From the NCBI GenBank assembly GCA_950097015.1, contig CATNEN010000001.1, positions 3,410,001-3,474,000 of the forward strand: 64,000 nucleotides of DNA, given 5' to 3'. The position numbers and the translations under genes are program-made. Origin of the DNA: Macrostomum hystrix (Eukaryota > Animalia > Platyhelminthes). Shown piece by piece: positions 52,629-61,429 of the stretch. The notes beneath the pieces are model-generated. The model had not been told where the DNA came from. It worked only from the letters and a program-made list of their open reading frames with translations, and searched no databases. Position 1 is the stretch's first letter. The number at the start of each line of letters is the position of its first letter.

Positions 52629-55076
52629 ATGTATCGCGGCATCGAACTGAAGCGTGTTGTCAAAGCTACACTGCAAACTGGCTGTCGTGGGCGACCCAGA
52701 AAGATTAAGACAATCATTAGCGGCCGAAATCGAGGCTCAACATCTCGGCGTCCTGTGTCTGAAACTACTCCTGTTCCAGTGGAAGCTAGCACCGAGAATG
52801 ATGTCGGTATGCCTGAGTCTTTTGCTCCTACAGTAGAAGATGTTGAATGGGTAGATTTTGACAGCTTTGCTGAGAAATACAGAGGTAGTTACGAGAAGCA
52901 TTTTCTCTTAAATCTGTGTTCCTCTTGCTATGAGCACGAAGGTGTATATCGATGTGTTACTTGTCGACTTAGCTTATGTGCCAGCTGTAAGAATGAGACG
53001 CATAAAAAGTTTTCAGCCCACAAGTTTCTCATATGGAATAAGGAGAGTCTAATGTTTCAGGAACTGGATGCTACTCACGATGCTTTTGAAATGTTTTGCT
53101 GCGCTTCTAGTAAATTGAATCTGAATGTCTGTGCGGCTACAAAAGTTGACCTTATAGATCTGGCTGGAAGCGTAAAGGTCATTTTTATTACCTGCGACTC
53201 CTGTGATCTTATTGGTGCACTCCTTTCTCAAGGGTTCTTCCCTTGTTGCGAAGGGTCAAAGCCTGATTCAGATGGGTATGCATTCTTTTCTTTTACCTTT
53301 TTGTCCCTGCTAGACAGTTTGTGTATGACTGGGCAGTTGCCTGTTCACAGAGCGGTCAGTACACTGCTCATTGGGCCAACTCTGGGACAAGGTACATATA
53401 ATTTGGCTCTTGTAAAAAGCACTTATCAACGCATTCAACGACATGATGTTTTGCTGCGGTTTCGCCACCTGCAAATGGCCTCAGCAAAATGGCCAAATAA
53501 TTGTCTTCTCTGTCCAGATAATCACGCTGTGCGCAAAACTGTTGTCTGTGCAGATGCTCTATTTGGTTGGCAGCGCTTTAAAGCCAGGGGGCGTACACAA
53601 CTGGAAATACCATCAGATGGTCGTCCATTACCTACGCCGCTTGTCTATGTAGATATTAAAGCGGATGTGCCAAAAAATCGAGCAGAGGAACAGAATTGTC
53701 CTAATTGGAAGGCCGGTGCTCATGAACCATTAAGCCGTGAGCAGAGACATGATGTCACGGGTTTCTTTGGATTATTCTGTCGTCACAATCGCCTTTTGTG
53801 TGGCTCAAATATCACAACTGGTGGAGAAAAGTTTTGCTACCTGGAACAGTGCCTTGAACACTTTCTGCGAAACGTCAAAGTGTCTAAGGAATTACTTGTC
53901 GTATATGACGTGGGTAAGTTTATTATTATTTTATAAAATGCATACAATCTATGAAATACTGTTGCTTGTGTACAGTTATATGACAACATGACTTACTCTT
54001 TATCCCAATTCACAGGCTGTCGCGTATCCAGCCGGGTTAAATCCGCTATTGCGAAGTCTGGTGCCAACATTCAAGCGAGTAGCTGTGCAATAAACGCTTT
54101 TCATGCTCTTGGTCACCTGCCCAGTTGTCAAAAAAAGTTTTCTGTTCGCGTTACTCCAGGCGCAGGTCTATGCGATGGAGAGAATACTGAGCGAGCCTGG
54201 TCTCAACTCAGGCCGTTCGGTAAGTTTTTAAAGTACATGCGGAAAGACCGACGAGCACAATACATGGCGCATATTCTATACTTCTTTAATGCACAACAGC
54301 TTCTTAGCGCTTCTGGGTGGTTTACACAACGTATTAAGCTTATGGTAGGTGCGGGAAAAAGCATTCTAAGTGAACTAAAAGAGCTACAAAGCCAGTCTGC
54401 GATTTTGCAGCACTCGGGGGTCCGAAATGACAGTCTGGTCATCTCTGAGGATGAAATTTTGGATTTAGGCTCCCAATGGTATGAAGATTCCCTCCGAGTA
54501 GCTGTACACAACTCGGAAGATGATATCCTATGTGAGCTACGCGCTCTTGCAGTGCACAGAGATCATTGGAGTAAACAGGTTGGTAAGTCAGTTGGCCAAA
54601 GTCAAACCAGAATGTGCTTGCGAAAGGTTAAAAGTTATGCATCCGACATGAAAAAACTCTACGCTCGTCTTCCAATTGAAGACAGAGCTTCTTTCGATGA
54701 ATATAAAAAACCGCGTAGTGCGAAATATGAACATTTGTCTGGAACCGACCTTTCCATCCGATTTCGTCAGCGGGCTATAGACGTCAGTAACAAATATAAA
54801 CGCCTAAAAGAAGAAGCGCATATTATTTCAGATGAGTGGGTTGACCTTCAGGTTAATTTGCAGAGCCTCTGTGATGACTTAGCGAATCAGCCGGGCTTAG
54901 CCGCTCAATTTCGGGAATTGTTTAGAAGACTGCTTGAAGATGTTGCAAGTAAAAGCGTGACTGATGCTGTAAAATATCTTCTTGCGAATAAATTCTCCCT
55001 CAGCACACTGAGTCAGAGCGCTAATGAAGCGGTTGCTTCAGAAGATTCGGAGTCTTCTGATAGCGACTCCGATTAA
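52629..55076 (+). CDS. KDZ (Kyakuja-Dileera-Zisupton) transposase with AT-hook and CxC cysteine cluster; exons 52629-53913 and 54016-55076 (~781 aa)
   Basis: RGRPRK AT-hook; CSSC..YRCVTC..LCASC...H...H..W and G.V....CDSC....LL.QGFFP CxC region; CLLCP..VCADALF; GFFGLFCRH...GEKFCY; VYDVG|C restored by a phase-1 GT-AG intron; NAFHALGH..CQ.......PGAGLCDGENTERAWSQL. Confidence 0.9.
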
Positions 55077-55148
55077 GTATCCAACCAGTGTACTGATGAT
55101 TCCACCGTTACTTGTGTTTTTAATTGAAGTCAAGCGCTGCCTTGTAAA

Positions 55149-55826
55149 GTCACTCTGCACCTACTTTTGTGTGGGTGCTGTGAAGCGTTAAGTTTAAGAT
55201 CGCTAAAATTAATACCATTAAGCCCAAAATTTGGACACATTTCTTTCAACTAGCAAATTTTTTGCAGGTCACTTTGCACATGCAATACAATGTGCTGTGA
55301 AGCGTTAAGTTTAAGAACGCTAAAATTAATACCAGTAAGCCCAAAGTTTGGACACATATTTCTTTCAACTAGCAAAATATTTACAGGTCACTTTGCACAT
55401 GCAATTCAATGTGCTGTGAAGCGCTACATTTTAAAGCGCTATGAGCCCATGTGTCAGCCTTCTCGCGGCGGACTCGTTGAGCGCGAATAAAATCTGCTAA
55501 TTACCGTGCGCTGCCAATCTTACCGTGCATGTTTGCACTATCCAGCGGACTGGCAGTGTACTTACGTTAGCTGTTTTTATTCGTGGGACTAATGACACTA
55601 TTAAATTCGTTCATTTATCAGCTTTTCCGTTCAATTCCGTTTTATTATTATTATATAGCTCACAGTTTCATTGTCTGTCAAATAAATGGAGGGGCTCCTA
55701 AACAGTGTTTCTCGTTCTTATTTTTTCATTGCTTGCCGTGCCTGATAAACATGTTTTCCTTTTTTAGCATTTACATACTTGCGCCTATATACGTCACCGA
55801 TTTCAGCGAAACGCAGGCAACTTAAA
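55149..55826. repeat. Intergenic spacer repeat R, copy 1 (with an extra degenerate ~120-bp subunit)
   Basis: Near-identical to 56993-57553 and 58410-58852. Confidence 0.95.
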
Positions 55827-55874
55827 TAAACTCTTTAAAAAATCAAAATTCAGATTTCAAATTCAAAAGACAGC

Positions 55875-56887
55875 ATGCCCACTGATAAGCTCGATTGTCC
55901 GTTATGTCTTCCTGGTTTATCTGCCTATTCGGCCAGACCTGACAGGCTCGCTCTGCATATTGAAACGCATCATCCAAACGCGAAAGGGAAGACGGAATGC
56001 ATCATTCAATATCTACGTTGGTCGAAGAAGGCCGATGCAAAATTGTGCCAGCTATGCGATACATTCTATGTACATTTGCGGCAGCACTATAAGCTGATTC
56101 ACACCATCGAATTCCGGCGACTTAACACTTTGCTGACAGGTCAACCAGCCATGCGACTCGCGCGAAAGCGTGGTGTTAAACGTTTTGGTGAAATATTCTG
56201 GTGGTTTACTTCCAATCAGCCGTTGCCAAACTATCCGTCCTCAGATGGCGACTGTGTTGGAAAGCTGGAAGAACAAAGGTAATTAATTTGTGAAGGGCAT
56301 GTCACGATCTCATTTAAAGCTTAGTTACGTAAAATGCAAACTGCCTGTGCCATCTGTATTTTCTAAGTCTTGTCAACACTTCCCACAGGCACTGCGAATC
56401 TTCTGCTGGCCAACGATCATGCATAGATGTCTACAGGAAAAGTTCAAATTTCGTCCCAGCCAAGGTTTTAGTGAAGCCTTCTGGTGAGAAGGGTCTCGGT
56501 ATTTTTGCTGGTGAACTAATTAGAGCTGATTCATTCGTGTGCTTCTATGGTGGCACCGTAATATCTAGAAAACAAGGACTCGCCAGAGAGCAGGAGAGGG
56601 CATCTAAAGGCGAGTCACCTTGTTTTGCGTTTTTCTTTTTTTATGGCTCCCAATCGCTTTGCGAAGATGCTACTGATAGTTTTTCCCTTGGTCGGTTTAT
56701 TAATCACAGTCGGTTGACTCCAAATCTAATGCCAAGGGCGATACCACCATGTAAAGAAATCGGACGGAACGTCTGCAGGATCGCTTTTTTTGCTATTCGG
56801 GACATTCTAGAAGGGCAAGAATTGCTCTTCGATTATTCTGAAACTGACGAAGAGTGTCTAAAGAGGTTTCCCTGGCTGCAATCTTAA
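55875..56887 (+). CDS. Double C2H2-like zinc finger plus SETD8/PR-Set7(KMT5A)-like SET methyltransferase; exons 55875-56278 and 56389-56887 (300 aa)
   Basis: CPLC..HIETHH and CQLC..HYKLIH. A phase-2 intron (GTAATT...CCACAG) joins in frame to KGLGIFA..FVCFYGG..RE....CFAFFF.Y....CEDAT...LGRFINHSR..PNL...IAFFAIRDILEGQELLFDY......FPWL. The PWL tail is characteristic of SETD8. Confidence 0.88.
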
Positions 56888-56992
56888 AAGTTCAAAAAAT
56901 TGTACCAACTAGTCACTGCTAATCATTTTGAATTTGTTGCACATGCGTCAGACAAATTTCTTCAAAACTTGTCGCATAAAACATTACAGCAG

Positions 56993-57553
56993 GTCACTCT
57001 GCACCTACTTTTGTGTGGGTGCTGTGAAGCGTTAAGTTTAAGAACGCTAAAATTAATACCAGTAAGCCCAAAGTTTGGACACATATTTCTTTCAACTAGC
57101 AAAATATTTACAGGTCACTTTGCACATGCAATTCAATGTGCTGTGAAGCGCTACATTTTAAAGCGCTATGAGCCCATGTGTCAGCCTTCTCGCGGCGGAC
57201 TCGTTGAGCGCGAATAAAATCTGCTAATTACCGTGCTCTGCCAATCTTACCGTGCATGTTTGCACTATCCAGCGGACTGGCAGTGTACTTACGTTAGCTG
57301 TTTTTATTCGTGGGACTAATGACACTATTAAATTCGTTCATTTATCAGCTTTTCCGTTCAATTCCGTTTTATTATTATTATATAGCTCACAGTTTCATTG
57401 TCTGTCAAATAAATGGAGGGGCTCCTAAACAGTGTTTCTCGTTCTTATTTTTTCATTGCTTGCCGTGCTTGATAAACATGTTTTCCTTTTTTAGCATTTA
57501 CATACTTGTGCCTATATACGTCACCGATTTCAGCGAAACGCAGGCAACTTAAA
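56993..57553. repeat. Intergenic spacer repeat R, copy 2
   Basis: Near-identical to copy 1. Confidence 0.95.
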
Positions 57554-57594
57554 AAAAACTTTAAACTTCAAACTGTAAACACACAAAACTCATC

Positions 57595-58329
57595 ATGCCC
57601 AACAAACACGCGAAAGTGTCCTGTCTTGTCTGTTCCAATTGGACTGGTCGATCCTACATGCTTTGGAGGCATTGCGAGAAAAGGCACCCCGCTCTGGAGG
57701 ATGACAGGATTCAGGCGATGATTGACTTCGCGAAGGCGACTTCAAAAGCGAAGCCGGTGTGTCTCTGTCCGATATGCGGGGCTCTGATTTCTCACCAAAG
57801 AGCGCATTTTAAGAGATGCCACGTACCTGAATATGGCTCTACATACCGCCGCAAAGCCCTCTCGGGTCGTGCGGCTGTCCTGAAATTACGCGAATCAGGT
57901 TCGCGGCGTGTAGCAGAACTTCACAAACTTGCTACAGAAGAAAAGCATCCACTCCAATACATGGAACTTGAGTTCGCTGCTAGTCAGCTATCTATTCTGG
58001 TTGAGATGTACAAGGATATCGGCGAGGTACAAATTACATCAGCAACTAGCCAAGAGACGAGTGCGTCAACAAAACTTCCCGCAGAACAGCAGCAGCAGGA
58101 AGAGCGCTGCAACTCTTCTGAAGGTGCTCCTAAAAGTCCTAAACCTACGCCAGAAACTCATCGAGTTCCAGCTAAAATCTGTCGAAACCCATTACCATTT
58201 GTGATTCCTCCAAGAGTCCCTTATTGCGTCAAACCCTTACCGCCTATTGTCTTGCGTAAATCTGCTACCAACTTGACCCGATATAACCCGAAAATTCCCA
58301 CCTCGTCTCCCATAAAAATTGCTACCTGA
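57595..58329 (+). CDS. Double zinc-finger protein with a Pro/Ser-rich C-terminus; paralog of the 55875 gene N-terminus
   Basis: CLVC..HCEKRH, CPIC..HFKRCH, and LSGRAAVLKLRESGSRRVAEL aligning with LTGQPAMRLARKRGVKRFGEI. Confidence 0.75.
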   Translation: MPNKHAKVSCLVCSNWTGRSYMLWRHCEKRHPALEDDRIQAMIDFAKATSKAKPVCLCPICGALISHQRAHFKRCHVPEYGSTYRRKALSGRAAVLKLRESGSRRVAELHKLATEEKHPLQYMELEFAASQLSILVEMYKDIGEVQITSATSQETSASTKLPAEQQQQEERCNSSEGAPKSPKPTPETHRVPAKICRNPLPFVIPPRVPYCVKPLPPIVLRKSATNLTRYNPKIPTSSPIKIAT

Positions 58330-58409
58330 GGTCTTCCTGTTGGAACAAAATACCATACCACCCCTATCCCATGGAAAAATTGGTATATCGACAGAGCCAA
58401 TTACAGCAA

Positions 58410-58852
58410 GTCACTCTGCACCTACTTTTGTGTGGGTGCTGTGAAGCGTTAAGTTTAAGAACGCTAAAATTAATACCAGTGAGGCCAAATTTTGGATACA
58501 ATTCATTCAACTAGCAAAATATTTACAGATCACTTTGCACATGCAATTCAATGTGCTGTGAAGCGCTACGTTTTAAAGCGCTATGAGCCCATGTGTCAGC
58601 CTTCTCGCGGCGGACTCGTTGAGCGCGAATAAAATCTGCTAATTACCGTGCGCTGCCAATCTTACCGTGCATGTTTGCACTATCCAGCGGACTGGCAGTG
58701 TACTTACGTTAGCTGTTTTTATTCGTGGGACTAATGACACTATTAAATTCGTTCATTTATCAGCTTTTCCGTTCAATTCCGTTTTATTATTATTATATAG
58801 CTCACAGTTTCATTGTCTGTCAAATAAATGGAGGGGCTCCTAAACAGTGTTT
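58410..58852. repeat. Intergenic spacer repeat R, copy 3 (3' end diverged)
   Basis: Near-identical to copies 1 and 2 up to ...ctcctaaacagtgtttc. Confidence 0.95.
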
Positions 58853-59126
58853 CGCGTTTTCGTTTTTTAATTGCTTGTTTTTTAGATGCGCTTTCTTTCT
58901 GCTCATTAGTTGGCTGTGCAGGGAACAACTAGGACAAATGGAGATAGATGTGCATTTGAGAATAGACTGCCTGCTTTATACAATTATATGCATGGCAGAT
59001 CAATGTCCTTATTAGCGTTTATATATTAGCGTTCACGCCTTCATTTAGGGTCTAGCTTTAATTGTCAACGTTTCAAACTTCAATCTCGAATAAATTTCAG
59101 GCCAGCATCACTTCCATTGAAAGTTG

Positions 59127-59660
59127 ATGACACCTCCCAACATTCACGCCGCGATTACGTGTCTTCAGTGCCACTAGAGTGGCAGGGCATCAGGTTTTAA
59201 ACAGCATTGCCGCGGAGCTCATCCGGACCTATCTGAAAGGCGAATCGACGCCAACCTTCGCTACTGTCGCCTACAACATAAGCTGGAGTTGTCTCCTATT
59301 TTTTATCTCTGTCCATATTGCTCTACTATCACTTCGGGATTCGATATGCACATGCTCATTCACAATCGCGGGAGAAGAGGAGGCGATAGAATCATCATCA
59401 CGACTGAGGACTTCAAAGCTGCTAACCTTGCTGCATTAAGTTTCATTGACGAGCTACGCAACATCGCTGTTGGTGGTAAAACTCCTGCCAACGAAATATC
59501 GCCGGCTCTTCCAGCAGCTGGTCAACCTACGAGTGCTCATTCAGTTGATTTAAATCCACAGGTGCCTGGGGCCCAAGACTACAGTTGTAATCAACGCTCC
59601 GCTGCAGCTTTAAGCTACAATTCTGATGTCAACAGGATGACGTGCGCGATGTCAACATGA
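59127..59660 (+). pseudogene. Third double-zinc-finger paralog with an in-frame TAG at codon 17 (59175-59177)
   Basis: MTPPNIHAAITCLQCH*SGRASGFKQHCRGAHPDLSERRIDANLRY...LCPYCSTITSGFDMHMLIH aligns with CLVCSNWTGRSYMLWRHCEKRHPALEDDRIQAM...LCPICGALISHQRAHFKRCH. Confidence 0.72.
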
Positions 59661-60079
59661 TGACGTGCGCGAGCATTCAACACAATGGAAATGACGATCC
59701 ATACAATTTTTTAGGCGGTGTTTCTGGTCTTTCAACCGTTGTGACCAATCTTTGAAGAAGCATCTTGCTAATGATATTTTAGCTTTTATAACTATTTGCA
59801 CAATTAAAGGTACGTGGCTACGCACTTCTACGCCTTTAGCCTTGTCTAATGTCATTTTTCAATTCCCTCCAGTCGTCCAAGGCGTTTTGTTGTTATGCGA
59901 ACTCGGCCAATCTGACTTCATAATTGCTTCATATGCGTTCATATGCATACAAGTGTGAATGCTCATATGCGTGTGTACACCTTTCGTGTCTGCTTGCCTG
60001 CAATCCTACTTGTGCATGTATTTGACTTACCTATAGTCATTACACTTAGCTAGAGTAATTTAGCCCAGGTGTGGCAACA

Positions 60080-60716
60080 ATGGTCAGAGGAGAGCTAGAG
60101 TCAAACTGTTCAGAATATGTTCCGATGACTAAATTATTCAGTTTTCCCTGGTAGTCATGCAATTTCTTGGATGGTCAGAGGAGAGCTAGAGTCAAACTGT
60201 TCAGAATATGTTCCGATGACTAAATTATTCAGTTTTCCCTGGTAGTCATGCAATTTCTTGGATGGTCAGAGGAGAGCTAGAGTCAAACTGTTCAGAATAT
60301 GTTCCGATGACTAAATTATTCAGTTTTCCCTGGTAGTCATGCAATTTCTTGGATGGTCAGAGGAGAGCTAGAGTCAAACTGTTCAGAATATGTTCCGATG
60401 ACTAAATTATTCAGTTTTCCCTGGTAGTCATGCAATTTCTTGGATGGTCAGAGGAGAGCTAGAGTCAAACTGTTCAGAATATGTTCCGATGACTAAATTA
60501 TTCAGTTTTCCCTGGTAGTCATGCAATTTCTTGGATGGTCAGAGGAGAGCTAGAGTCAAACTGTTCAGAATATGTTCCGATGACTAAATTATTCAGTTTT
60601 CCCTGGTAGTCATGCAATTTCTTGGATGGTCAGAGGAGAGCTAGAGTCAAACTGTTCAGAATATGTTCCGATGACTAAATTATTCAGTTTTCCCTGGTAG
60701 TCATGCAATTTCTTCA
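60080..60716. repeat. 91-bp tandem repeat, 7 essentially identical copies
   Basis: atggtcagaggagagctagag recurs at 60080, 60171, 60262 and so on to 60626. Confidence 0.96.
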
Positions 60717-61085
60717 ATGGTCGTGCTCCCTTGCAAACGAGCAGCGGAGTGAGAGGAGAGAGTTCTGAAGTTCTGAACGCGTTTGACAATGATAAAATAT
60801 CAAACTCTAATACCTGCTTTCTTTATGCTAACTGTGCATGCACTGTATGTGTTTTTACGTGAGGGTCTGTACTTTGTTCAATTAATGTTTCTGTCTAACT
60901 AGGACTTTTCACCAATTCTTTTCCGTGTCAATCTTCAGGGAAAATACATAAGCTAATTTATCAAAACATATCAGCGCATCTCATTGGCAAAAATTGTGCC
61001 GCACAGGCACGGCATAGGTGACCTGCTGCAAGGTATACTGACTAAAATTATTATTATGTTATTATTATTACTTCTTTCTTGGAAT

Positions 61086-61318
61086 CACAGGGTGAGGTGA
61101 CAGAGAAGAGGGTGAGGTGACAGAGGAGAGAGTGGGGTGACAGAGAGGAGAGAGTGAGGGCACAGGAGAAAGTGAGGGCACAGAGGAGAAAGTGAGGGCA
61201 CAGAGGAGAAAGTGAGGGCACAGGAGAAAGTGAGGGCACAGAGTGGAGAAAGTGAGGGCACAAAGGAGAAAGTGAGGGCACAGAGTGGAGAAAGTGAGGG
61301 CACAGAGAGGAGAAAGTT
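61086..61318. repeat. ~20-bp purine-rich minisatellite (gagggcacagaggagaaagt)
   Basis: Tandem copies. Confidence 0.9.
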
Positions 61319-61429
61319 AACTTTGATGAATTTCGATGGGATTTGATTCCCCGTATTCTGGGATAGACGTAGAAGCGATCCCTGTCGAAATCCGGGGTCA
61401 ATAAGTAAGCCTGCGGCGTCGCATCACAC

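Noticed and set aside
55583-55825. Repeated 80-96 aa hydrophobic ORF within R (also 57310 and 58725)
   Set aside because: GTG start, AT-rich low-complexity composition, no recognisable domain. Its conservation simply follows the DNA repeat.
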